A DNA stretch of 64,000 bases, taken from NCBI RefSeq assembly GCF_006345805.1, contig NC_043002.1, positions 119,164,001 through 119,228,000 of the forward strand. Reading direction: 5' to 3'. The DNA is from Octopus sinensis (Eukaryota). Of the stretch, positions 24,533 to 39,722 are shown piece after piece; within the stretch, counting starts at the first letter, position 1, and each line of letters starts with the position of its first letter. The notes beneath the pieces were generated by a model. It saw nothing but the letters and a program-made list of their open reading frames with translations, was not told the DNA's origin and did no database searches. Both the position numbers and the translations under genes were made by a program.

Positions 24533-24882
24533 AAATCTGTGTGTTTGAGTTTATGCTGCTTAAAAATCAGTCAGGTTGTTGATGTACGTGAGCAGTGATT
24601 TTCAGCATTTTGAAGTATTTCATTGTGTTGTGGGTTCAAATGCTGGCAGTAGAGGCTTTGACGTTGGATTTCTCGTTGTCGCTAAGATAAATCCAGTTAA
24701 GAATAGAGATTAATCAATTACAGTGAGAAGGGGGAAAAGTAAAGTTGACAGAGTGAGTAGGGTCTGAATACAGAATTTCAAAGGAACTAACATCATAGGA
24801 TATAATTTGATATCTGATTTTACCATAAAACTCACACATAGCACACACACGCGAGCGCACACGCACACACTCACACACATGT

Positions 24883-25220
24883 GGAGGCGCAATGGCCCAG
24901 TAGTTAGGGCAGCGGACTCGCGGTCGTAGGATCGCGGTTTCGACTCCCAGACCGAGCGTTGTGAGTGTTTATTGAGCGAAAACACCTAAAGCTCCACGGG
25001 GCTCCGGCAGGGGATGGTGGTGATCCCTGCTGTACTCTTTCACCACAACTTTCTCTCACTCTTACTTCCTGTTTCTGTTGTACCTGTATTTCAAAGGGCC
25101 GGCCTTGTCACTCTCTGTGTCACGCTGAATATCCCCGAGAACTACGTTAAGGGTACACGTGTCTGTGGAGTGCTCGGATCAACCGGAACCCTCGTCGTCG
25201 TAACCAACGTAGTGCTTCCA
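24883..25220 (+). mobile_element. SINE family C with an internal deletion near the 3' end
   Basis: Same head. GGAGTGCTC joins directly to GGATCAACCGG. Confidence 0.9.
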
Positions 25221-25549
25221 CATTCCACTCACACACACATACACACATACACACACGCGTGTGTGCTTGAGTGTAGATGAAAACGACCTGATAGTTACAA
25301 GAGAAACAGCTGTGATATTATAAACAGATAATGTGTGTGTATGATAACTGCTGGGAGAGAAGGAGAAAAGTTGACATGAGAATTCTCATGGGAAATCAAT
25401 AGTGTATTTATAAGTGTGGTAAGGTCAGCTGTGAGAAGATTGAGTGTTTACAGGTCAAATAACAGAGTATGATAGGTAATATGTTGAAGACTAACTATAA
25501 ACTGTGTTACCATGAAAAAGGGAACATTAAAATAAAGACTAGAGCCGCA

Positions 25550-25720
25550 ATAATTACGTTCTGAGTTCATATTCTACCGAAGTCGATTTTGCCTTTTATC
25601 TTTCCGAAGTCATTAGAATACGTACCAGTTGAGCATTGGGGTCGATGTAATCGACTTACCCCTACTCCGAAATTGCTGAACTTTTGCGAAATTTGAAACC
25701 AATATTATTATTATTCCAAT
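25550..25720 (+). mobile_element. SINE family B-type fragment
   Basis: TTACGTTCTGAGTTCA...GGGGTCGATGTAATCGACTTACC. Confidence 0.75.
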
Positions 25721-26249
25721 TGTATATCGATCTTCAAGAGGGTGAAAGAAAACGAAGTAAAAAGTAAAAGTAAAGCCCAGAAAACTACCCAGGATTTCAC
25801 CCATGTTACTGTTATTAATTTCTTAAAAAACAAACAAACTGAAAAACAGTTTTTATTCATTCTTTTTAAAATTCTTTTTCTAAAATTTAAGGTTCCGTAA
25901 TGTTTTCAGATTAAAAAAACTCGTCTTTCACGCAAATTGTTTTAATTTTCAAAAATTTGATTGCGGTTCCGTGGATAAATAACTACACACTGGAGTTACC
26001 AAGACAACAAACAGCTTCGATTTCCGCTTTTAAGAACTTTGGTCTTATTTCATTGGCTAAAATTACGCAATGCTTCTAACTTTATTATTTTTTCGAAAAA
26101 AAAAATAACCCCAGAAAAAGAATGAATGTGATTTTCGTCATCAGCATGCAAAACTACATCAATGTGGAAAATTTGGAACCCAATCCATTGAAAACTAGAA
26201 AATTTTCAAGAGGATGAAGAAAACGAAAAAGAACCCATAAACTTCTCCA

Positions 26250-26420
26250 CTTGTTTCATGATGGTTGGATGCTAACCATTGTCCCAGTTGGTCACGCTTG
26301 GCAATCCAGCTGGAAAGTTTAATGACAGTTACTTCTGACAGGACTCTATGGAGAAGATGTCTGAGGACTCTAATCCAACGACTTTCCAGGGATAGTGAAC
26401 GGACGGATGGATGGATGGAA
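26250..26420 (+). mobile_element. RTE-like LINE 3' terminal fragment with a (GGAT)n tail
   Basis: QLESLMTVTSDRTLWR resembles the RTE 'A.DR..WR' motif and is followed by ACGGACGGATGGATGGATGG. Confidence 0.5.
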
Positions 26421-27250
26421 ACTGCCCAGTCTGCCTCGATTCTAGTGAGTCAGTAATTGTATATCAGTCAGTACCCTCACACCCAATGCGGGTATTTTGA
26501 AAATACCTCATGGAGTGACGACCGTGCCCAGCACAATTACGGGCTTCTCTTTGGCAACATAGCACCAGTTCAGCCATCCTGTCAGGTATACGGCGAAGTC
26601 ATGGGACTACAGCAATGCAGATTATGAAGAGAGCGGAGGAGCTCAAATGAGTCAACGGTGCTTTTTACATTGATGCTGAGTAGAGGAATCCTAGAAGATC
26701 AACAGTCAGGATCACCAAGCTCTATCAAGAGAGTAACTGCAATGTATCCATAGGGCCGGCATCCATGGTTGAGTAATCAGCTAATGAAAGGTTCACCATG
26801 ACTCAAGCTCCTAATTCAAGTCCATAATCATGGAATTGGATGGCGACAGAGAGTCATGGGAATCTGCGAAAATAGCGAAAGAAAAATGTCAGTCAAAAAT
26901 AGCTATTTCCAATAAAGACACAAATTATATCTGGGAAAATAACCACACTTATAGTAATGAAATAGTTAATGAAATCCCATCGAGGTCGATTTAATCTTTC
27001 AATTTTCTTTGAGCAGATAGAATACTGAAGTAGATTCATCGACGATAACACTTCTCTACATATCGTCGGTCTGTCATAAAACAAAATAATTTATTTCACT
27101 TTTCACATATACTGCAAATAGACACAATAAAAGTATAAAATTAATCTCATATACCTTTCACCTAGTCTGTGCTTCTTCATCTCTTGTTAATATTAGGCAT
27201 TCTCTTATTGATATAGAAAATTTTGTTACGCGATATTTTGGAAGTTTTAC

Positions 27251-27317
<67 letters not shown>

Positions 27318-27889
27318 AATAATCCGTTATTGCGTAATGTAATCACCATACTTTTAATTCTCAAATATCATTTAAATTAGTTGAAGTGAAAGCATTACTC
27401 TTAGAATAATTCTGTGATAGCGCGATAATGGTCATATTTTCTGGGCAAAAAGCGACCTTTTCATTTATACGTATTTAATTTCTTCAGTGTTTCAAATGTT
27501 GGAGATGTCATTGACTGTCTGGTCTAACAAATCCTCGACAACATTAAGATATTTCCCCTGAATGTATGGTTAGATTAACAACGGAATTAAGACTACAATC
27601 ATTCATCCAACATACTCAAGATGTTCTGTATTCCCGAAGGACATCACAATGTCAAAATAAATCTCGTGATTTCCGGAAAAGTTTTCATTCTTACCGTATC
27701 TGCGCATAGCTATATAAATACTGACAAGTACACACAGATCGTTCTAACTTGCCCTCCCTCTGTATGTGTGTCTTCTTGTGTGTGTTCGTATCTGTTTGAG
27801 CGTGTGCCTGTGTGAGTGTCTGACACCAATATGCTGGATGGTGTCAATCACGCGCTACCAAATAGGGTTCGAATAATTATATTATTAAA

Positions 27890-28290
27890 CCAACTGATCA
27901 CAATTTAAGTTATAACATATGAATACCAAGAAACAAAGAAACAGAAAGAGAAAATAAAAGGAAAGGAAGAAGAAAAAATGTGGGTTAAGCAGCAGAAGAT
28001 GAAGAGGGAGAGGATAATGATCCATACAACCCAGAACAAAATGGTGTGCGCAGCCGTGTCCCGCGATAATGATCCCGATGGCGTTGCCACGGAGAATGGG
28101 CAACGATACTTCTTGCAGCAGCCACTCCACCTCGCGGAGCTGATTTCTCAAACGGGCCGGCAATATGCTGATTCTGCGGAGGAAATCGGTAGTTCTAGGT
28201 CCAAGATTTGCGGTATCGATGGCCACCGGCACAAACTGATAGCGGCCTGTCAGACCCCGTTTACTAACATTGTTTCTAGTTGGTGACAAA
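27890..28290 (-). mobile_element. CRE-clade non-LTR retrotransposon, C-terminal REL fragment plus 3' UTR
   Basis: GLTGRYQFVPVAIDTANLGPRTTDFLRRI...REVEWLLQEVSLPILRGNAIGI matches the CRE 'F.P.A.ET.G..GP...F.....RE..WL.QR.S.A..RGNA' pattern. Confidence 0.75.
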
Positions 28291-28301
28291 CATTACTCTA
28301 A

Positions 28302-28693
28302 TCTTTATATATAAAAGAGAAGTTGTGTGTCTGTCTCCTACGATTTAGATTCCTAACTACTCCCACATTTTGCGGTGCAGTTTAACCAAAACCGGGTATC
28401 TTATAGTCGTGATTCATATCGAGCCCTTCTGGGTATTAGCGTCTACGATGAGTCTACGATTTAAAAAATAATTTACCATAATTTTTTCCATTTTAATGCA
28501 TTTTTTTGCTATTATATAAGGGAAGTAACTCTCTAAAATGTCTACGATGAGTCAACAATTTAAAAAAACATTTACCATCATTTGTTTTCCATTTTTAATG
28601 CATTTTTTTGCTATTTTTTGGCTATAACTCTCTAAAAATGCTTATATAGTTATTTCCCTTACAAACCCGAGCAACGCCGGGCGATACTGCTAG
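28302..28693 (+). mobile_element. Non-autonomous Helitron with an internal ~100-bp tandem duplication
   Basis: A|TCTTTATATATAAAAGAG ... CCCGAGCAACGCCGGGCG...CTAG|T. It is inserted between A and T with no TSD. Confidence 0.9.
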
Positions 28694-29919
28694 TACCTTA
28701 TATTTTTATTCTTTTATTAGTAAAAAAAATGGCTGAAATAATTTTGAAGATTAGGACTAGAGGCTGACAATTTGTCACTGCTACTATATATATACCCATA
28801 TATGCCCATGGATAATACACTAAAGACTTAAACGGCCTTGTCGAACACCTGGTTATATGACGAAATTGATATTGAGAGATTCTGTAATTCCGTTAGCTTT
28901 CGGTATCGAGTTCATCTCCTTCCTTGAGAAATGGTTCGAGAAGGATGGTCTCCACGAAATCCACTATACAACGTGAAGATGAAATGTTAGTGATGCCATT
29001 GTATCAAGATGTGATTGTGAAACTCCTTAAGTATTGCAATATATTTTATTGACTTCGAAAACAGTCAATACTAAGTTGACATTAAGCAGTACTTGGATTC
29101 AAAACCCACAAAACATTGGACTGTAATCTATATCATGCGGCAAATTTTCCAGTTGAGGGCCTACAAGTTTTGCTGTATAGATTTTTTGAGTGTTGCATGA
29201 ATCTACCTTAGAAAACGATGTCTTGCATTTAGCAAAATAAATCACATTTAAAAAGTTTCTGTCAGCTATATCGGTTTTACATGGAGGTTGAGGTTTTGAA
29301 ATAAAAGTAAATAAAAGATTTGTGACCAGAAATAGCACATCTTAATTTGCTATTTCTGGTCACAAATCGTTTCAGTTTGGTTGAAATGTCCATTTAAACC
29401 AAAAGTCTTTTGTCAATAATACATCAATAATACTTATTCTCCTTTCCTGATAAGATTTGCAGTTTTGTCTATAACACATAAAAATTATTTATATTATATC
29501 TATATATATAATGGTTTATTTTATAATATAATACTTTGAGACCTTAGTTGTATATCCGCATGTTTATTTTTAACAACTAGTTAGAGTAACTCACGGATAA
29601 GAACATTTTTGTAGCATATGTAATAATCTTATGAATTTTTCACGCTTTACTCAAGTTAGCCAACATTTTGTCAACTGAATCTGTTACTAAATTAGGTTGG
29701 AGAATTATATAAATAGAAAAATCAAAATCAAACAAAGTAGTAAAACAATAAACCATGTTTTACGTTCTTCGTGTCATACATCCGTTTCACACTAACATGC
29801 TAGCTTGCGACTAGATATGCATCTAAAACAAAATAAAAAAGTGTAAGTATAATACTTGCTACCAATTTAATCTAGGTTCTGAGGGTTGACTATATTTTTA
29901 ATATTAACTATATAAATGT

Positions 29920-30115
29920 ATATAATTACACATGGAAGACAGAACAGCATGAAGTCACATCATCAAATCAGAAAAGAACAATTTGATGAACATCGTCGAT
30001 GGCTACGACGACAGACTTGCCAGATCCAACCAAGATCGACAAGCAGATGTGACCTCTACGGAAAATTGTTCAGTGTAAAAATCAGCTTTGTCAGCCATAA
30101 CACAAATGAGGAAGC
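29920..30115 (+). mobile_element. RTE LINE 3' fragment with a single degenerate C2H2 finger
   Basis: QFDEHRRWLRRQ...RCDLYGKLFSVKISFVSH. Confidence 0.55.
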
Positions 30116-30243
30116 ACAAATAAAGGTAGAAATACTCAGAAACGAACCGACAACTTATATACTAACACAGATACGCGCGCACGTACACACACACAAGTTT
30201 ATTCAAAATTGTTTCTACCATCGGTACAAGGCCTGGAAGTTGC

Positions 30244-30297
<54 letters not shown>

Positions 30298-30871
30298 GGG
30301 AGAGAGAGAAAGATGGAGATAGTTGATATCACCCATTACTTCACTGGTAATTTATTTAATTGACTGTGAAAGTATGATAGGCAAAGTTGTCCTCTGTGCA
30401 ATTTGAATTCAGAACGAAAGTAGGCCGAAGAAATACCACAATGCATTTTATCCGAGGCCTTAACGAGTCTGGCAATCGAAATATAAAGATAGAAAGAGTA
30501 CAAAGACAAGAGTACCTCATACCTTCATTTCCATTACGTGACCTGATATATCCAATGAGTGATTAGCTTAAGAAATCTCTTTCCTAGCCGATTGAGGCCC
30601 AAGCTTCACCCTCGAAGATCAGGAACTTAATTACATTTCTAGGATATTCTGAGCAACGAAAGCTGGAACCATGCACTACTAAAGTAGAAATACTTTGTAT
30701 TTTATACTAGTATACCCATGTCGTGAAAACTGCCAAAAGTTAGTGATAGAAAATGCACATCAAAACAATGGGAAAAGCCATTGATAAATGCCTGCAATTG
30801 AGTAAATATATGTAAACACACAGAACTGAAGCACTTTAACAATCACGTCTCGGTTAAAAACATCATTGGTG

Positions 30872-32270
<1,399 letters not shown>

Positions 32271-32283
32271 CCTACCTTATGTT

Positions 32284-32951
32284 TCAAACGGTGTGGCCAT
32301 ATTCTTCGAATGGCAGATGAACGCATGCCGAAACAACTGTTTTATGGTGAGCTTGCAGAAGGGAAACGCTATCGGCGTATACCTAAAAAAATATTTAAGC
32401 ACGGCATAAGGACTACTATGCAGTCACTTGGAATGGTTCCAGAAGATATAGAAACACTTGCTTCGGGTCGAGTTGGATGGCGAACAAGTGTGTGGAGTGG
32501 AGTAAAAGCATTTGAAGACGCCAGGATAACGCAAGTAAGACTCAAAAGAGATCTAATGAAGAATGTAACGATCGACAAGGTGAATGACAATGACCTTTTT
32601 GTGTGCACAGTCTGTGACAGACCATGCCTGTCTTTTGCTAGCTTCAAATCTTATCTGCGAACGCATGGAAAACGTACCTCCACCAACTATTCTGCCTATA
32701 TGTCTGTGCACACCTTTGAATGCAGTGTATACCAGAAGATTTGCAAATCCAACGGAGGACTCTAAAGACATTTTAAGATCCACAAAGAGCAGAACTTATC
32801 TGCAGGTATTGGTGGTCCAAATCAGAGGTGCAATCTATGTGGGTGTCTTTTCAGAACATTGTCTGGTTTAAAAAGCCACATCAGACGCCATGATGGTGCT
32901 AAGGTGCAGGTACAGGAGGTGGTCAAACTCTGCATAAGGAGTAGACAACGA

Positions 32952-32954
<3 letters not shown>
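32284..32954 (+). mobile_element. RTE LINE 3' fragment ending in three C2H2 zinc fingers
   Basis: GHILRMADERMPKQLFYGELAEGKR...LASGRVGWR, then fingers at 32604-32666, 32721-32783 and 32829-32891, then a (TA)n tail. Confidence 0.85.
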
Positions 32955-32985
<31 letters not shown>

Positions 32986-33564
32986 TATATAGTCAGCAGC
33001 ATCAGTCTTACTCAATGAGAAATATCGAAGCGAGGTGACGCGGAACAGATTTAAAACCGCAGTTTTAACTAAAACACAGCTAACAACATTGATTGAATTA
33101 TGCTATTGGACCGCCCGGTTGGTATAGGTTCAGCAATATCAACGCCAAGCAGTCATTAAGCATAAACGAATTTTAGGTTAGTCAAAATATATTTGTGACA
33201 TATTTCACCTTCTAAAGCCAAGTTCACTGCAGTTACCGCGGAGAAAAAAATTTTTCTCTTATGTTATAGTGTGTATTGAACTCGCCTTTAGAAGTTGAAA
33301 TATATCACAAATATATTCTAGCTAACCTAAAGTTCGCTTATGCCTAATCACAACTTGATGATTTTCCAGTCACAAGATTATTACATGAAATGTGCTTACC
33401 ATAATCGGGAATCTTTAGAATAAAATATTTTCATTCGTCTTCCTATTTCTCAATGGCAAAATTATAACGTTACCGCATGTGGACTCAAGGAAAATGCCGA
33501 GTATGTTTCACGATATAAAAATAGCAACAAAAAGCGATTGGATATTTTGAATGAAATTCTCATA

Positions 33565-33985
33565 TATAGGCGCAGATGTAGTTGTGGGCAAAGAAGTTTG
33601 CTTCCCAAACATGGGTTTGGGTCTCATTTCACCACACCAAGAGCAAATGTCTTCTACTATAGCCCCGGGCAGTCCAAGGCTTTGTAAGTCTATTTGGTAG
33701 ACGAAAACCGAGAAAGCCCATCGTACGAGGTTGAGTCAGAAAGTAATACAATTTTTATTTGCATTACATCCTGACTGACCTTTGTCTATATATCTATAGG
33801 GGTGCATCTTTGTGCGTGTACCCCATCACCGCGTGACAGCCGGTGTTGGTTTCTTTATGCTCCCATAACTTAATGGTTCGACGAAAGACCCCGATGGAAT
33901 AAGTACGGGATTCGATTTCGACTAAAGCGGTGATCCAGCATGGCCGCAGTCCAGTGACTGAAATAAGTAAAAGATAAAAGATGTA
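33565..33985 (+). mobile_element. SINE family A, strongly diverged
   Basis: TATAGGCGCAG head through CAGCATGGCCGCAGT...AAGTAAAAGATAAAAG. Confidence 0.75.
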
Positions 33986-33999
33986 AATGAGTCATAAAA

Positions 34000-34920
34000 A
34001 AAAATTAATGAAACAAGACATTGTACTAACCAGTAAACGGAGTTTGTGGGTGCGCAATGGCCCAGTGGTTAGGGCAGTGGACTCGCGGTTTCGATTCCCA
34101 GACCGGGCGTTGTGAGTGTTTATTGAGCGAAAACACCTAAAAGCTCCACGAGGCTCCGGCAGGGGATGGTGGTGATCCCTGCTGTACTCTTTCACCACAA
34201 CTTTCTCTCACTCTTACTTCCTGTTTCTGTTGTACCTGTATTTCAAAGGGCCGGCCTTGTCACTCTCTGTGTCACGCTGAATATCCCCGAGAACTACGTT
34301 AAGGGTACACGTGTCTGTGGAGTGCTCAGCCACTTACACGTTAATTTCACGAGCAGGCTGTTCCGTTGATTCGGATCAACCGGAACCCTCGTCGTCGTAA
34401 CCGACGGAGTGCTTCCATCCAAACGGAGTTTATAGTTTCACATAAATTTACTGTTCATTTTAAGATATGGAGGACGAAGTTATAACACTACAAATTAAAA
34501 ATGGAATAAATTCAGCAAATTGCTTGCAATTGTGATTTCCTGCAAATCTCGTTGCAATGAATATCGACAAAAAAAAATGAAATTTTCAGTAAAATTATCT
34601 AAAGCAAGAAGCAAACAATATGAAGCGTCAATAATTTTATGCAAATATGTGCTTGCAATTGCAAATGAGATGATTATTCACAGACAATGTTTCTTGATTT
34701 GTAGAATTGGAAAGAACAGAAGCAGAAAGTATTTTTAACGCGTTGCGAGGAACGTTAAATAATGCAGGTTTGACGCAGAATATTTTAAGATGAATTTGAT
34801 TGCATTTTGTTGTGAAGGATCAAATGACATGCTTAGGCGAAAATCTGGAATTTATCAATTTCTATTTGTTGTAATTTAGCGTTGATTGAGTCACTGATTA
34901 CAACTCGTTAAAGATGATGC
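34000..34920 (+). mobile_element. Decayed hAT transposase fragment interrupted by a SINE C copy
   Basis: LQIKNGIN...FVELERTEAESIFNALRGTL...NLIAFCCEGSNDMLRRKSG resembles hAT 'LVEL....AE.I...L....NL..F.SDGAS.M.G..SG'. Confidence 0.6.
34046..34420 (+). mobile_element. SINE family C with TSD
   Basis: TSD AAACGGAGTTT at 34035-34045 and 34421-34431. Confidence 0.9.
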
Positions 34921-34989
34921 TAGAAATGAAATAAGTATTTTCAAGATTTATTTTACTAAACGTAATGCAGTCTTCCAGTAGTCTAATAA

Positions 34990-35165
34990 AAGTTTGCTTC
35001 AATTTATTTGTCTTAGTCATTGGACTGTAGCCATCTTGAACTGCCGCCTTCAAAGGTTTACTTGAACAAATCGATCTCAGTATCTATTATTAACTGTGGT
35101 TAATAATATCAGGGACGTAAAAAACTGACATCGGTCTTGGTGGGAACAAACGCAACAACCCAAAG

Positions 35166-35199
<34 letters not shown>

Positions 35200-35390
35200 A
35201 TACACACATACACACATATATACATACACAGTTTCCGCCAACCAAATTCATTCACAAGGCATTGGCTAGATTGCGGCTGTAGTAGAAGACGCTTGACCAT
35301 AATGCCATGCAGTGTCACTGCACCTGAAACCTCATGGTTGCAAAGCGTGCATCTTGGCCACACAGTCATGTCTACGCCTATGATTGAAGT
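34990..35390 (-). mobile_element. SINE family A, diverged
   Basis: CAGTCATTGGACTGTAGCCATC...CACAGTCATGTCTACGCCTAT. Confidence 0.7.
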
Positions 35391-36379
35391 ATTCAAAATA
35401 AATCTTAAATCAACTGAAGTAACTCTTTAAACATTTTCCTTCGTCAACCATAAGTTTTCTAGTATGGACATAGAAGAATAAAATAGAGTATTACTGACTT
35501 CGGTCTAATTTCTCGGAACATTGAAAGTACGAAACTTTCTTGGAAACTTGGAGAAGAATGAAATAAGATCTTAAAATTTAAAGTTGTTTTAAATGATTTT
35601 AATAACTAGGTAGATAATACCATTCCTGCTGCAGGAAAAACCAAGAAAATTGCAGCAAAGCTACGTGATAAGGATGTTAAACGTGCCATGACATCGCGAT
35701 TTTATTCTCTTCCGTTTTACGAATTCAGTGTGCACACGCACATTGCGGGTTCATAGTTCTCTTTCCGGTTCCTACACAAAACTGTTTACAGCTGACAACC
35801 ATCTCACGAACCTGTGGTCAAGAGAAGTGCTCCGCACTCCGATGGTTGTGAAATAAGGCAAGCAAAACAAATAATAAGCACAACTCCTAAAGGTTTTGAT
35901 GAATATTAATATATAGAAATGAAAAAAAAAGCTTTGCAACGAAACATATAATGCCTAATTACTACCAATAAGTGAACATATGCTAAAAAATTAATTTGAC
36001 ATGTGTTAATGATCTTCATTAGATACCTTACTACGAATAACTGGAGAAATTTAGGAAGCTGTTTGCAAATTGTTACCGTAATAAGTAATAATGGTTTCCA
36101 TTTTTGGAACATGGCCAGCAGTTTTTGAGAGTGGGGAAGAAGTCGAATACATTGACTACAGAGAAAATGGCCTTTTTGCTGACCAAATATGCACCAGACT
36201 TATTTGAACTGATCTAAAAGTTTGTTTATTACCAAAAACACTACTGAAGCCACAAATGATATGATTGTTACTACTATGGGGCATAGGTCGGAATGTATTT
36301 GATTAACAGTTTGCACGTTGTTGGTGGTTTTTGGGATTCAGAGCGAGGCTGAATGATTACGAAACTATGGAAACTTATA

Positions 36380-37450
<1,071 letters not shown>

Positions 37451-37881
37451 TGCATATTAGAGGGAGACCACTATGTGGACACCCTTATGCTAGAAATAGA
37501 TCCGCTATGGTCTTACCAGTAAGAAATGTTCTCAAGAAAAATTTAGCAAAACAACCAAAACGTAATCGAGCAAGACAAAAGAAAATGCAATAAAAATATG
37601 GATTATTCACATACATGTTTCACTATTAACATATTACGTAAGTTTACTTACATAGATGTCCGTAGATCATCGGTGCGACCGTCCAGATGAATATAATTTG
37701 CAGGACTGCATACTAGGACGTCCGCACAAAGTCAGACTTGTAAAACAGTCCTACCCATTACACTCGTGGCTACTATTTCAAATGTCCTCGTTTTGGCGCG
37801 CTAAATTATATATGTGACCTCGTGAGTACCGCTAGCGATTTTTTTCCTCTGTCTTCCCTTCTCGGGATCTTTCCTTCTCCT

Positions 37882-37920
37882 ATGTTTCCGACGAAGAGCT
37901 CCGCTCGTAACGTTAAGCCC
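37882..37920 (+). ncRNA. Degenerate minimal hammerhead-like motif in a PLE terminal repeat (about 37590-38015)
   Basis: CCGACGA-A-GAGC(TCC)GCTC-GTAA-CGTT. The core has U4C and GAAA changed to GTAA. Confidence 0.45.
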
Positions 37921-38061
37921 TCCTTCTTCCCTTCTTTCCTGAGCGTCCAATAATACTTTATTTGTTCCACGTCCTCACGTTGTTGTTTTTTTTTGTGTTT
38001 TCTTGTTTGGATTAACTATATATAATATATATATATATATATATAATATATATATATATAT

Positions 38062-38109
<48 letters not shown>

Positions 38110-38429
38110 AAATAAATAAATATGCGTGCATGTATATATATATATAAATGTATATTATGTATGTTCCTTACACAGTTCCAAACAATATTATATTGTCTCT
38201 GATTCAAAGTCACTTATACATATCTGTGCAGTGCGACATATATGCGACTGTTCAAGTTTTTTTAATATATCTTTTTTTTTTTAACAGGGACATGGTAATA
38301 AGCATAAATTGATTAATTTCGAACATTTTATTGAATATTTTCTCTGAGAAATTCCTCGGTTTTTGAGACCCGAATCGTGAATCATACATAGAGATATACA
38401 CGAAGATAATACAGATATAAATTGGTTTC

Positions 38430-38635
38430 AAATTTTGGTACAAGGCCATCAATTTCAGAGAAGGTGTAAGCCAATTAGATCGACCCCAGTGTTCAACTGG
38501 TACTTATTTTATAGACTCCGAAAAGACGCAAGGCAAAGTCAATCTTGGTGGAATTTGAACTCTGAACATATAGACGGACGAAATGCTGCTTAGTATTTTG
38601 TCCGGCATGCTAAAGTTTCTGCCAGTTCGTTGCCT
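38430..38635 (-). mobile_element. SINE family B variant
   Basis: GATCGACCCCAGTG...GAATTTGAACTCTGAAC...GCCAGTTCG. Confidence 0.75.
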
Positions 38636-38639
38636 GGAG

Positions 38640-38734
<95 letters not shown>

Positions 38735-38740
38735 GTCTAC

Positions 38741-38779
<39 letters not shown>

Positions 38780-38780
38780 C
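38640..38780. repeat. (CTAT)n microsatellite
   Basis: Pure tetranucleotide run. Similar runs lie at about 40561-40686, 49070-49195 and 55025-55146. Confidence 0.95.
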
Positions 38781-38820
38781 ACACACACTCACAACACAAA
38801 ATTTAGAGGAATGACCACTT

Positions 38821-38932
38821 AAGTGGACAGCCTATATGCTAAACATAGACGTCAAATCGCCATTACCACGAAGAATATTCTTCGTTGTAAAGGCGATTTG
38901 ACATCTATGTTTAGCATATAGGGTGTCCACTT
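38821..38932. repeat. 112-bp near-perfect palindrome
   Basis: Arms 38821-38861 and 38892-38932 are reverse complements, with a central self-complementary ACGAAGAATATTCTTCGT. Confidence 0.9.
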
Positions 38933-38980
38933 TAGCATATAGGGTGTCCAATTTAGCATATAGGGTGTACACTTCCGTCT

Positions 38981-39687
38981 CTGATTTCGAAAAACTGTCT
39001 GCAAGCAATAATAAATCTCTGAACGAGATGTAAACAGTAAGCGCTCGACAACGTAAAGTATACTAGCCATCTTAATATGGCTAACCACTAAGGGTGGGTG
39101 TTACTGTAGCTTGTAGCCCCAGGAGATCATCGTCTCCAGCTGGCTTTAGGCACACTTTCTGTGCCCTTATGGTATTTGCAAAGGGAGGTTATCACTCTCT
39201 CGTAAACCTAAGTGATACGCACGGACTGCAGTTTCGAGGTATTTGTCTCTTGTCAACGTACGGTATCACGTAGTATACTCTACGTTGTCGAGCGGTTACT
39301 GTTTACATCTCGTTCAGAGATTTATTATTGCTTGCAGACAGTTTTTCGAAATCAGTGACAGTAGTTACTGGGAAAAACAGTAAATAGATATTTGCAAACA
39401 GGTGTCTCTTCATCGAAAACCGGTGATTGCCGTACGTTGACAAGAGGCAAATACCTCGAAACTGCAGTCCGTGCATATCACTTAGGTTTACGAGAGAGGG
39501 ATAACCTCCCTTTGCAAATACCATAAAGGCACAGAAAGTTTGCCTAAAACCAGCTGGAGACGATGATCTCCTGGGGCTAAAAGCTACAGTAACACCCACC
39601 CTTAGTGGTTAGCCGTATTGAGATGGCTAGTATACTTTACGTTGTCGAGCGGTTACTGTTTACATCTCGTTCAGAGATTTATTATTG

Positions 39688-39689
<2 letters not shown>
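38981..39689. repeat. Nested inverted repeat (A-B-A'-C-B'-A')
   Basis: 39004-39263 is inverted at 39430-39689, and 38981-39064 is inverted at 39272-39355. Confidence 0.9.
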
Positions 39690-39722
<33 letters not shown>

